Positions 18,372-26,927 of a stretch of 61,204 bases of DNA are shown piece by piece. The number at the start of each line of letters is the position of its first letter. Positions within the stretch are counted from its first letter, which is position 1. Position numbers and translations under genes: made by a program. Below the pieces are notes generated by a model. It saw only the letters and a program-made list of their open reading frames with translations. It made no database searches and had not been told where the DNA came from. Source of the stretch: Candidatus Dormiibacterota bacterium (GTDB taxonomy: Bacteria > Chloroflexota > Dormibacteria > DASZGP01); contig DASZHA010000040.1 in assembly GCA_035938265.1 (NCBI GenBank), positions 1-61,204 on the forward strand, written 5' to 3'.

Positions 18372-18748
18372 TACAGTCCCTCCACGAATGACCTGTAGCC
18401 GGCCTCGTCGAGCAGCTCCGGCGAGGGTGGCTCGGTGGTCTCGATCATCAGCATCCAGCCCTCGCCGTAGGGGTCCTGGTTGACCGCCTCGGGCTTGGTC
18501 GTCAGCGCCTCGTTGACCTCGATCACCCTGCCGCTGATCGGCGAGTAGAGGTCCGATGCCGCCTTGACCGATTCGATCACGCCGAACTTGCCCCCGGCGG
18601 TGACCTCGGCGCCGACCTTGGGCAGCTCGACATAGATGACGTCACCAAGCTGGCTCTGGGCGTAGTCGCTGATGCCGGCGCGAGCGTTGGCCCCGTCGGC
18701 ACGGACCCACTCGTGGGTCTGGCTGAAGCGGTAGTCGGTGAGGTCCAA
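18371..18748 (-). CDS. gcvH: Glycine cleavage system H protein
   Basis: 125 aa with lipoyl-lysine motif IESVKAASDLYSPISG. Confidence 0.95.
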   Translation of the reverse strand: MDLTDYRFSQTHEWVRADGANARAGISDYAQSQLGDVIYVELPKVGAEVTAGGKFGVIESVKAASDLYSPISGRVIEVNEALTTKPEAVNQDPYGEGWMLMIETTEPPSPELLDEAGYRSFVEGL

Positions 18749-18751
18749 GCT

Positions 18752-19846
18752 CTAGCTCCTCTCTCGTTTGTAGAACGGCAGGGGCACGCGGATGGCGGCC
18801 ACCGGCTCGCCGCGCACGTCGACCGTGAGCGCGCTGGACTCGGCGCTCCCCCTCTCGACGTACCCCATCGCCACCGCCTTGCCGAGGGTAAACGAAAAGG
18901 TTCCCGACGTGACCTCGCCGACATCGCGGCCGCCGTCCTTGATGGCGTAGCCGTGCCGGGCGATGGCGCGGCCTTCCAGCTCCAGCCCGATGAAGGCGCG
19001 CGCGGGGCCCTCCTCCTTGACCTTCAAAAGGGCATCGCGGCCAAGGAAAGCGCCCTTGTCCAGCTTGACCGCCCAGCCGAGGCCCGCCTCCAGCGGGTTG
19101 GTGGTGGTGTCGATGTCCTGGCCCGAGAGCCGCATCGCCGCCTCCAGCCGTAGGGTGTCGCGGGCACCAAGCCCGCAGGGCCTGGCGCCGGCGGCCACCA
19201 CCGCGTCCCAGGTGCCGATGGCGTCGCCGCTGTCAACGAACAGCTCGAAGCCGTCCTCTCCGGTGTAGCCGGTACGGCTGAAGCTGACCCGCGTGCCACC
19301 CAGGCTGCCCTCCTGGAAGTGGTAGTAGGCGATCGACGAGAGGTCGGTGTCGGTCAAGGGCTGCAGGATCTCGAGGGCGCGCGGTCCCTGGACGGCGATC
19401 AGCGCCAGGTCCTCGGTGATGTCCCGCATCTCGCAGGCGCCACCGATCTCGGCCCCCAGGTGGACAACGTCGACCGGCCGTGGGCCGGCGTTGACCACGA
19501 CCGTGAAGACATCCGGCACCGGCCGATAGACGAGGGCGTCATCGATGATGCCACCGTCACGGTTGCAGATCAGCGTGTAGCGTGCCTGCCCAAAGGACAT
19601 GTCGCCAAGGCGATTGGTGACCACCCGCTCAAGGGCGTCGAGCGCCCCCGGGCCGGTTAAGTGGACCTCGCCCATGTGGGAGACGTCGAAGACGCCGACG
19701 TCCTGGCGCACCGCCTGGTGCTCGTCGCGCATCGATGTGTACTGCAGCGGCATCATCCAACCGCCGAACTCCACCATCTGCGCGCCAGCATCGACATGTC
19801 GCTGGTAGAGCGGTGTGCGCAGCACCGTCTGCGAGGTCGTTGTCAC
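18752..19846 (-). CDS. gcvT: Glycine cleavage system aminomethyltransferase T
   Basis: LRTPLYQRHVDAGAQMVEFGGWMMPLQY...HMGEV...FSRTGYTGEDGFELF. Confidence 0.95.
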   Translation of the reverse strand: MTTTSQTVLRTPLYQRHVDAGAQMVEFGGWMMPLQYTSMRDEHQAVRQDVGVFDVSHMGEVHLTGPGALDALERVVTNRLGDMSFGQARYTLICNRDGGIIDDALVYRPVPDVFTVVVNAGPRPVDVVHLGAEIGGACEMRDITEDLALIAVQGPRALEILQPLTDTDLSSIAYYHFQEGSLGGTRVSFSRTGYTGEDGFELFVDSGDAIGTWDAVVAAGARPCGLGARDTLRLEAAMRLSGQDIDTTTNPLEAGLGWAVKLDKGAFLGRDALLKVKEEGPARAFIGLELEGRAIARHGYAIKDGGRDVGEVTSGTFSFTLGKAVAMGYVERGSAESSALTVDVRGEPVAAIRVPLPFYKRERS

Positions 19847-19856
19847 GTGACGCTAC

Positions 19857-20507
19857 TCATTCGTCGGGGCCGGCTCCCTGGGGCCGGCGCCGGGGATCGG
19901 GTTCGGGCTCGGCCGAATCGTCGAGGAAGTCGACGCCGAGCTCGTCCGAGCTGTGCTCGTCGAGAAAGGTGATGGTGGCGGCGTCGTTCTCGCTGCGAGC
20001 GAATTCCAGGTTGGCGGCGACCTTCTCAAGGCGCTCCGTGTCCCAGCGGAGAGCATCGGCGAGCTCCTTGGGGCTGGCGGCGCGGCCCAGCTGCTGGCGC
20101 AGGGCCACCTCGGCGAGGTCGAGGGCGCGCACGTCTTCGAGGTCGGCCGCAGCCTCCTTACGAGAGCTGGCCTCGGTCTCAATCAGGGAGTCCATTTGCA
20201 GGCCGATGTGGAGGCGGGCGAAGTCCCGGAAATCGCCGCTGCCGTCGTAGGCGGCGATGGCGTCGACCAGGCCCAGGTTGCCCTCCTGGTAGAGGTCGGC
20301 GAAGCCAAGACCGCGGTCCCGGTGGGCGTCGGCCTGGTCGGCGACGAGGTCGAGGTTGTGTTTTACCAGGGTGTCGACGGCGTCGCCGTCGCGGCGGGCG
20401 AGGAGGGCGTCTTCCTCCCCCGCGCTCAGGCGCCCGTACTCCTCCGCCTGCCGGCGGAGATCAGCCTCGATGCGGTCGTTACCGATCGACTCGGCCATGA
20501 CTTGCAA
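19857..20507 (-). CDS. Sigma-70-family-like protein with regions 1.2-3.2 only (no region 4, degenerate region 2.3/2.4)
   Basis: LVKHNLDLVADQADAHRDRGLGFADLYQEGNLGLVDAI aligns with sigma-70 region 2.1/2.2 (NLRLV...DLIQEGNIGLMKAV). QLGRAASPKELADAL...EKV resembles region 3, and FLDEHSSDELGVDFLDD resembles region 3.2. The ORF then stops, 10 nt before gcvT. ATG 20498 is an alternative start. Confidence 0.6.
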   Translation of the reverse strand: MQVMAESIGNDRIEADLRRQAEEYGRLSAGEEDALLARRDGDAVDTLVKHNLDLVADQADAHRDRGLGFADLYQEGNLGLVDAIAAYDGSGDFRDFARLHIGLQMDSLIETEASSRKEAAADLEDVRALDLAEVALRQQLGRAASPKELADALRWDTERLEKVAANLEFARSENDAATITFLDEHSSDELGVDFLDDSAEPEPDPRRRPQGAGPDE

Positions 20508-20591
20508 GAACGGACACGCCTCAAATCATAGTTACAGCAGGTTCGCTGGCTCTCGTCGCTGGGCGGCCCCGGGGACCCACCCAATGGTTGG

Positions 20592-21332
20592 TTAGAACCC
20601 GGTTCGGAGGAAGACCAGCGGCACCGTCCGTATCAGGATCTGCAGGTCGCAGGCCAGGGACCAATCATCAGCGTAACGGCGCTCGACGCGCACCTGCTCT
20701 TCAAACGTGATGCCATGGTGACCGTTCGTCTGCCATGGACCGGTCATCCCCTGGGGAACGGTGAACCGGAAGGCCAGGATCTCGGGATGGCGAGCGGCCT
20801 CCTCGGGCAGGCAGGGCCTCGGACCGACAAGGCTCATGTGACCAAGCAGGACATTGATGAGCTGGGGCAGCTCGTCCAGGTAGTGCATGCGAAGGAACCT
20901 GCCGGCCGCGGTGACACGCGGGTCATTCCGAGACTTGAACAGGGGACCGCTGGCCTGGTTCAGCTGCGCGACCTGGTCGAGCATGGCCTCGGCGCCGTCG
21001 ACCATGGTCCGGAACTTGTACATCATGAAGACGGCGCCGCCTTGCATCAGCCGGCGTTGGCGGTAGAAAACCGGTCCAGGACTGGTCAGCTTGATGGCGA
21101 TTGCGATCGCCAGGAAAAGGGGGCTGAACAGCAACAGCGCGATCCCCGCAACGACGACGTCCATCAACCGCTTGATGGCGGGCTGCAGGCCAGGCAGCAC
21201 TCGGAAAGATCGCTGGCCCGAGAAGACGGCCCCCGAGTTCAGCTCCGCCGTGTCCGTGCCCACGTCAGAGGGAATTGGGTTGGCCGGCCGACCAACATCA
21301 ACGCCGGAACTCTGCCCCATCGCGCCTGACAA
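20592..21332 (-). CDS. Polyprenyl-phosphate sugar-phosphate transferase (bacterial sugar transferase, WbaP/EpsL type)
   Basis: KRLMDVVVAGIALLLFSPLFL...SPGPVFYRQRR...YKFRTM...DPRVTAAGRFLRMHYLDELPQLINVLLGHMSLVGPRP. Confidence 0.9.
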   Translation of the reverse strand: MSGAMGQSSGVDVGRPANPIPSDVGTDTAELNSGAVFSGQRSFRVLPGLQPAIKRLMDVVVAGIALLLFSPLFLAIAIAIKLTSPGPVFYRQRRLMQGGAVFMMYKFRTMVDGAEAMLDQVAQLNQASGPLFKSRNDPRVTAAGRFLRMHYLDELPQLINVLLGHMSLVGPRPCLPEEAARHPEILAFRFTVPQGMTGPWQTNGHHGITFEEQVRVERRYADDWSLACDLQILIRTVPLVFLRTGF

Positions 21333-21539
21333 GTTCTCCCGCTCCTAACCCGGTCCCACCGAGTCTACTTTGGTCTAATCCCTAACTGACGCGTCGAACT
21401 GCACACTGTAGCAGGATCCCCGGTGTGACGTATGCAAACGCCGACGCAAAATCTGAAATGTCCCGTCTCATGTCCATTTCGACGCGCGGACCGCGAAATC
21501 CTTGCACCGCGACCCGGATGGCGGCCGTAAGATCGGTTC

Positions 21540-22898
21540 ATGGTCGCCGCGGGACCACCAGGGGTAGCCGGTCGGTGGCGCCGGGCGCTGGTCGCGGTGA
21601 CGCTGGCGGCGGCCGTTGCCGGGGCGATCACGGCCTTGCCCCAACCCGCGCGGGCCGCCGGCGCGAGGGTCCACCAGCTCCGCATCGAAGGCGTCATCAA
21701 CGCCTTCAGCGCCGATTACATCGCCGGTGGCATCGGTAGAGCGGAGACAGAAAACGCCGACGCCGTGCTGATCACCATGGACACCCCCGGCGGCCTCGAC
21801 TCGGCGATGCGCCAGATCATCCAGGCGATCCTCAACACGCGCCTCCCGGTGATCCTCTACGTGTCGCCGCAGGGAGCCAGGGCCGCCAGTGCCGGCCTCT
21901 TCATAACCCAGGCCGCCGACGTGGTGGCGATGGCGCCCGGGACCAACATCGGCTCCGCCCACCCGGTGCTCATCGGCGCCGACGGCTCGCCCACCTCGGC
22001 ACCGACCGTCGAGGAGCAGAAGGTCCTCAACGACTCGGTCGCGTACATCCAGGGCCTGGCCAACCTCCACCACCGCAACGCCGACTGGGCCGCCGACGCC
22101 GTCCGCAACAGCGCCAACGTGCCCGCCGACCAGGCCGTCAGCCTCCACGTCGCCGACATGGTCAGCCCCGACACCCTCACCCTGCTGCGGCAGCTCGACG
22201 GCCGCCAGGTCCAGAAGGGCAGCCAGGCGCTGACCCTCAAGACCGCCGACGCCACGATCACCGACGACAAGCTGGGCCTGGTCACCGGCCTGCTCCACTT
22301 CATTGCCGACCCCCAGATTGCCCTGCTGCTGCTGCTGGCCGCGGTGCTGGCGATCGGCTTCGAGGTGATCCATCCCGGCGCCGTCATCCCCGGCGTTGTG
22401 GGCACGCTGGCGGGGGTCCTCGCCCTGGTGGCGCTGCAGACGCTGCCGGTGAGCTGGGCCGGCATCGCCCTGATGGCCTTCGCCGCCCTCCTCTTCGCCA
22501 TCGACGTGCGGGCCCCGACCCACGGGGTCCTCACCGGCGCGGGCGTGATCTCCCTGGCAGTGGGTTCGCTCCTGGTCCTGGGGGCTGCCGGGCCGTTCCT
22601 TACGCCCAACCCGGCTCTGGCAATCGTCCCCGCACTGGCGGTGGGCGCCGTGCTCGCGTTCTTCGTCTCCCGCGCCATCGCGGCGCGACGCCGCCCGGTG
22701 ATGACCGGGACCGAGAGGCTGGTCGGCAGCGAGGGCGAGGTCCGGGAGGACCTGGGACCCGAGGGCGGCTGGGTGATGGTCGATGGCGCCCTCTGGCAAG
22801 CACAGTCGCCGGAGCCGATCCTCAAGGGCACGCGGGTGCGCGTGCGCGCCATCCACGGACTCCGCCTGGAGGTCGAGACCGCCGCCAACCCTGTATAG
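21540..22898 (+). CDS. NfeD-family membrane-bound ClpP-class serine protease
   Basis: Signal/TM region, then ITMDTPGGLDSAM...YVSPQGARAASAGLFITQAADVVAMAPGTNIGSAHPV, several TM helices and a C-terminal OB-like NfeD domain. Lies upstream of the SPFH gene. Confidence 0.85.
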   Translation: MVAAGPPGVAGRWRRALVAVTLAAAVAGAITALPQPARAAGARVHQLRIEGVINAFSADYIAGGIGRAETENADAVLITMDTPGGLDSAMRQIIQAILNTRLPVILYVSPQGARAASAGLFITQAADVVAMAPGTNIGSAHPVLIGADGSPTSAPTVEEQKVLNDSVAYIQGLANLHHRNADWAADAVRNSANVPADQAVSLHVADMVSPDTLTLLRQLDGRQVQKGSQALTLKTADATITDDKLGLVTGLLHFIADPQIALLLLLAAVLAIGFEVIHPGAVIPGVVGTLAGVLALVALQTLPVSWAGIALMAFAALLFAIDVRAPTHGVLTGAGVISLAVGSLLVLGAAGPFLTPNPALAIVPALAVGAVLAFFVSRAIAARRRPVMTGTERLVGSEGEVREDLGPEGGWVMVDGALWQAQSPEPILKGTRVRVRAIHGLRLEVETAANPV

Positions 22899-22940
22899 GG
22901 AGCCGTTGTTACATCGAAGCGCCTGAAACAGCCTGTTACT

Positions 22941-22986
22941 TGTTACATTGCCTTCCTCTCGGCCGCTGGCTTCCAGCGGTGAAACA
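22941..22986 (+). promoter_or_regulatory. Conserved tripartite element TGTTACATT-N12-GCCGCT-N11-GTGAAACA (copy 1)
   Basis: Read directly from the sequence. The same blocks at the same offsets recur at 56241..56285. Extra TGTTAC(AT) copies at 22907 and 22934, and CTGAAACA at 22923. Confidence 0.4.
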
Positions 22987-23082
22987 CGGATCGTGGTCCG
23001 GACCCGGGGCCCGCCCGACGCTCATAAGCCCGGGCACTGGAGCCCGAATGCGCGAGAATGGAGCCCTATGGAGGTAGGTGCC

Positions 23083-23916
23083 ATGTGGCTAGTCGTGTTG
23101 GTGCTCGTCGTCCTGGCGGTGGTGCTGCTGATCATGAGCGTCCGGATCGTCAATGAATACGAGCGCGGGGTCGTATTCCGGCTCGGTCGGCTGCTCGAGC
23201 CCAAAGGCCCGGGCCTGTTCTTCATCATCCCCCTCGGCGTCGACCGCCTGACCAAGATCGACCTCCGGACCCTGACCCTGGAGGTGCCGCCCAAGGAGGT
23301 GATCACCCGCGACAACGTCACCATTAAGGTGATCGCGGTCATCTACTTCCGTGTCATCGACCCCCGGCTGGCCGTGACCCAGGTCCTCAACTACGTCAAC
23401 GCGACCTCCCAGATTGCTCAGACGACGCTGCGGTCGGTGCTCGGCGAGTCGACCCTCGATGAGCTCCTGGCTCAGCGGGAGAACGTCAACGAGAAGCTGC
23501 AGCGGATCATCGATGGGCACACCGAGCCGTGGGGGGTAAAGGTCAGCACCGTCGAGGTCAAGGACGTCGAGCTGCCCCAGACGATGCAGCGAGCAATGGC
23601 CAAGGAGGCGGAGTCGGAGCGGGAGAAGAGGGCCAAGGTGATCCACGCCCAGGGCGAGTTCGAGGCCTCGCGCCAGCTGGCGGCCGCGGCCGAGGTCATC
23701 GGTCGCGAGCCCGCGGCGCTGCAGTTGCGGTACCTGCAGACCCTCACCGAGATCGGGGTGGAGAAGAACACCACCGTAGTGTTCCCGCTGCCGATCGACA
23801 TCATCGAGGACCTGTTGGGGCTTCGCGCCGCCAAGCAGGAGGACCAGGAGCCGGCGCCCAAGCGAGAGGACCTGCGGCCGGCGCCGAAGCTCGTCCAGCC
23901 TACTGACGAGAGCTGA
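23083..23916 (+). CDS. SPFH/band-7 (stomatin/prohibitin-like) protein
   Basis: Track ORF 22948..23916. ATG 23083 follows GGAGG with 7-nt spacing. [17 protein letters not shown]...TRDNV...[12 protein letters not shown]. Confidence 0.9.
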   Translation: MWLVVLVLVVLAVVLLIMSVRIVNEYERGVVFRLGRLLEPKGPGLFFIIPLGVDRLTKIDLRTLTLEVPPKEVITRDNVTIKVIAVIYFRVIDPRLAVTQVLNYVNATSQIAQTTLRSVLGESTLDELLAQRENVNEKLQRIIDGHTEPWGVKVSTVEVKDVELPQTMQRAMAKEAESEREKRAKVIHAQGEFEASRQLAAAAEVIGREPAALQLRYLQTLTEIGVEKNTTVVFPLPIDIIEDLLGLRAAKQEDQEPAPKREDLRPAPKLVQPTDES

Positions 23917-23981
23917 CGCTGGTCCCACCCCTCGCGCTGACCCAGGACGAGATCAGCACGCTGATACAGGCCGCAATCGGG

Positions 23982-24947
23982 GTGGCCTACCTCGGCGGCC
24001 TGCTGCTGGCCGCCAACCTCGGCGAACGCCACGTCGCATGGAAGTGGGCGGCCTACGCCATGCTGTCTGTCCCCGCCGTGGCGGTGGCCATGGCCAGCGT
24101 CCTTGGGATGTTGCTGCTGGCCGTCGGTGGTCGAGTTGGACAGGTGGCGGGGGGCGTCTCCGTCGAGCGCCAGGTTGCCGGCACCCTGATCCTGTTCGTC
24201 GCTGGGATCCTGGCGGTGGGATGCCTGCTGCCCCCGCTTCGCAGCTTGGCCGCGCGTCTCGTCCGGGGCTTCCGAGCGGATTCGGCGCTGCACGCGATCT
24301 CGCTCGGGCTGTACTTCGGCACCCTGCTGGCGTTCATCTCACTGCAGATCTCCACCGACCAGCTCAAGGCCATCACCCAGAGCGGAGAGTCGCCGCCGCT
24401 GTGGTTCATCATCGTCACCAACCAGGTCCCCTTCCTGGTCATCGCCATCGTCGGCGTCGGCTTCCCGGTGCGGCGCACCCTGGGCCAGGCCGCCCAGCGC
24501 CTGGGCCTCTACTGGCCGGGCTGGCGCTGGTTCCTGGGCTCTATCGGCTTCGCGGTCGTGCTGGTGATCTTCGGGGTCGCCTTCGACCAGCTGATGGTCA
24601 AGCTCACGCCGCAGCAGAGCCAGGACATCCAGCAGGCGTCGGAGCAGCTGCTCAGGGGCGTCAACAGCTACCCGAGCGCGATTGCCCTGGCGCTGGCCGC
24701 GGGGATCGGTGAGGAGGTTCTTTTTCGGGGTGCCCTGATGCCTCGCCTCGGTAACCTTCCGGCAGCGCTGCTGTTCGCCGTGCTTCACGCCCAGTACGCC
24801 ATCAGCCTGGCCACGTTGGAGATCCTCATACTCGGCCTGGTCCTGGGCTGGTTGCGGCGCCGCGCCGGCACCACAGGCGCGATCATCGCCCACGCCGGCT
24901 ATGACATGATCTTGCTGGTGATCGCAGTCTATGCGGGAAGCCATTGA
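23982..24947 (+). CDS. CPBP-family (CAAX/Abi-like) intramembrane metalloprotease
   Basis: Polytopic protein with motifs GIGEEVLFRGAL, LFAVLHAQ and IAHAGYDM. Confidence 0.8.
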   Translation: MAYLGGLLLAANLGERHVAWKWAAYAMLSVPAVAVAMASVLGMLLLAVGGRVGQVAGGVSVERQVAGTLILFVAGILAVGCLLPPLRSLAARLVRGFRADSALHAISLGLYFGTLLAFISLQISTDQLKAITQSGESPPLWFIIVTNQVPFLVIAIVGVGFPVRRTLGQAAQRLGLYWPGWRWFLGSIGFAVVLVIFGVAFDQLMVKLTPQQSQDIQQASEQLLRGVNSYPSAIALALAAGIGEEVLFRGALMPRLGNLPAALLFAVLHAQYAISLATLEILILGLVLGWLRRRAGTTGAIIAHAGYDMILLVIAVYAGSH

Positions 24948-25846
24948 TGGCCCGAATCATCGCCATTGCCAACCAGAAGGGCGGCGTGGGCAAGAGCACC
25001 ACCGCCATCAACGTCGCGGGCAACCTGGCCACCGCAGGCTGGCGCACACTGCTGGTGGACGTGGACCCCCAGGGCAACGCCAGCAGCGGACTCGGGTTCA
25101 CCCGCGACCCCGACCGGTCGACGATCTATGAGGTCGTGATCGAGGGTCGGCCGGCGTCAGAGGCGATCCTGCCCACGTCGATCAAGGGGCTGGACCTGAT
25201 CACCGCCGATATCGCCCTGGCCGGCGCCGAGATCGAGCTGATCAATATGCCCCGCCGCGAGGCCCGGTTGCTTTACGCGCTCGACGCCGAAGCGGCCAAC
25301 TACGACTACATCCTGATCGACTGCCCGCCCTCACTGGGCCTGCTCACGCTCAACGCCCTGGTGGCGGCGCAGTACCTTCTGGTGCCCATCCAGTGCGAGT
25401 TCTACGCCCTCGAGGGCCTGGGCCACCTCTCCTACACCCTCGACCTGGTTCGCCGCCAGTCCAACCCGCGGCTTGAGCTGGCGGGGATTGTCATGACGCT
25501 TTACGATGGCCGGACGACGCTCAGCAGCCAGGTTGTGGAGGAGGTGCGGAAGATCTACCCGGATGTGACCTTCAAAACCATGATTCCGCGCAACGTCCGC
25601 CTTAGCGAGGCCCCCAGCTACGGCCTCACGATCGCCCAGTACGATCCGCGCTCCAAGGGCGCCAAGGCCTACGCCGCGCTCACCGCGGAGCTGGTCGGGC
25701 GCTTCGAGGGGGACTCGAAGCCCGGCGTTCCAGAGGCCGATGAGGCTGAGCAGCAGACCATGCCGATGGCAGCCGCGCCGATGCGGCAGGCCTCGGTCTC
25801 GCAGCGGCCGGATGCCATGGAGCGGGGCGAGAACGACAGTGGCTAA
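24947..25846 (+). CDS. parA: Chromosome partitioning ATPase ParA/Soj
   Basis: MARIIAIANQKGGVGKSTTAINVAGNLA (deviant Walker A). The ATG overlaps the upstream stop. Confidence 0.95.
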   Translation: MARIIAIANQKGGVGKSTTAINVAGNLATAGWRTLLVDVDPQGNASSGLGFTRDPDRSTIYEVVIEGRPASEAILPTSIKGLDLITADIALAGAEIELINMPRREARLLYALDAEAANYDYILIDCPPSLGLLTLNALVAAQYLLVPIQCEFYALEGLGHLSYTLDLVRRQSNPRLELAGIVMTLYDGRTTLSSQVVEEVRKIYPDVTFKTMIPRNVRLSEAPSYGLTIAQYDPRSKGAKAYAALTAELVGRFEGDSKPGVPEADEAEQQTMPMAAAPMRQASVSQRPDAMERGENDSG

Positions 25847-26720
25847 GCGGCGTGGCTTGGGTCGAGGGCTGTCGGCCCTGATTCCAGGCGAGGCGACCCC
25901 CGCCTCGCCGCCGGGCACCGGCTCGCCCACCCACGTGCCGACCGACATGATCGAGCCCAACCCGCACCAGCCGCGGACCCGCTTCGACGACAACGAGATC
26001 GGCGCCCTGGCTGATTCCATCCGGCAGCACGGCATCCTGCAGCCGCTGGTGGTGCACCGGCACGGCGCCGCCTACCGGCTGATCGCCGGGGAGCGGCGGC
26101 TGCGAGCGGCGCGGCTGGCGGGGCTGACCGAGGTCCCGGTGACGCTGCACGAGACCCCGGCGGCGGAGGGGTCGCTGGCCCTCTCGCTGATCGAGAACGT
26201 CCAGCGTGACGACCTCAGCCCCCTGGAGGAGGCCGAGGCCTACCGCCTACTGCTGGAGGACTTCCAGCTGACCCACGAGGCGGTGGCGAGGCAGGTGGGC
26301 AAGACCCGGGCCCATATCACCAACTCCCTGCGCCTGCTCACCCTGGCGCCGGCGGTCCAGGGTGCCCTCATCTCCAACGCCATCACCGCGGGCCATGCCC
26401 GGACCCTCGCCGGCCTCAGCCCTGATGGCCAGGAGGAGGGGCTGCGCCGCGTACTGAAGGGGGAGCTGAACGTCCGGCAGACCGAGGCCCTGGCCCGGGA
26501 GCTTGGTAATGCCTCCCCCTCCCCCCGCCCCGGCCGGCCCCGGGGGCCCGTTCCCGACCCCCAGACCAGGGAGCTGGAAACCCACTTCCGCACCGCCCTG
26601 CAGGCGCCTGTCAGCCTGACCCGCCGCCGCCGCGGCGGCCGCCTCGTGATCGAGTTCTACTCGGACGAGGAGCTCAACGCCCTGTACCGCCGACTGGTGC
26701 TGGGCGAGCGCGACTCCTAG
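25839..26720 (+). CDS. parB: Chromosome partitioning protein ParB/Spo0J
   Basis: Track ORF 25740..26720. GTG 25839 gives VAKRRGLGRGLSALIP. GERRLRAARLAGL and the LIENVQRDDLSPLEEA boxes are present. Confidence 0.95.
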   Translation: MAKRRGLGRGLSALIPGEATPASPPGTGSPTHVPTDMIEPNPHQPRTRFDDNEIGALADSIRQHGILQPLVVHRHGAAYRLIAGERRLRAARLAGLTEVPVTLHETPAAEGSLALSLIENVQRDDLSPLEEAEAYRLLLEDFQLTHEAVARQVGKTRAHITNSLRLLTLAPAVQGALISNAITAGHARTLAGLSPDGQEEGLRRVLKGELNVRQTEALARELGNASPSPRPGRPRGPVPDPQTRELETHFRTALQAPVSLTRRRRGGRLVIEFYSDEELNALYRRLVLGERDS

Positions 26721-26890
26721 CCTCCCGGCGTCCTCCCGCCCACCCCCGAGATGGGGCGCCCACCAGCGCTGCACCCACCCAGCGCCGCGTGCGCGGTCAG
26801 AGCCCACCACACGCAAGCGCATGTGTATCGACTGTGTGAAACATAGTCAGTTTCGTAGTCCCGGATCAGCCCCGGCTCCCCGATTGCCTC

Positions 26891-26919
26891 TTGGCAACAT
26901 CGACAAGCTGTGGCATAGT
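26891..26919 (+). promoter_or_regulatory. Candidate sigma-70-type promoter (TTGGCA-N17-CATAGT) giving a leaderless or near-leaderless transcript for the LAGLIDADG gene
   Basis: -35 TTGGCA at 26891-26896, a 17-nt spacer, and -10 CATAGT at 26914-26919. The ATG is at 26928, 8 nt after the -10, with no SD. Confidence 0.35.
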
Positions 26920-26927
26920 GGGCGCCA

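Noticed and set aside
21468-22888. Two long minus-strand ORFs (462 aa and 343 aa) across the nfeD region
   Set aside because: They are antisense to the NfeD gene, which has clear ClpP-class motifs. The products are low complexity with no motifs.
22948-23082. Long upstream extensions of track ORFs (SPFH 22948, parB 25740, jag 31893, yidD 33341, GNAT 43377, NlpC/P60 46387, ATP-grasp 49730, gcvPB 17072)
   Set aside because: The extensions are low complexity, overlap the preceding gene, or precede a start with a better SD or stop-start coupling. Family homology begins at the downstream starts I report.
23907-23981. Open in-frame extension upstream of the CPBP protease GTG start (possible third non-canonical start)
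   Set aside because: Unlike the MurD-like and TadB-like cases, the upstream codons show no conserved motif or feature that requires translation. Such open stretches are expected by chance.
26829-26850. Full parS palindrome, or a CRP-type site (TGTGA-N6-TCACA) at TGTGTGAAACATAGTCAG
   Set aside because: Only the GTGAAACA half matches parS. The second CRP half-site matches 2 of 5 positions. I kept it only as a half-site enrichment observation.
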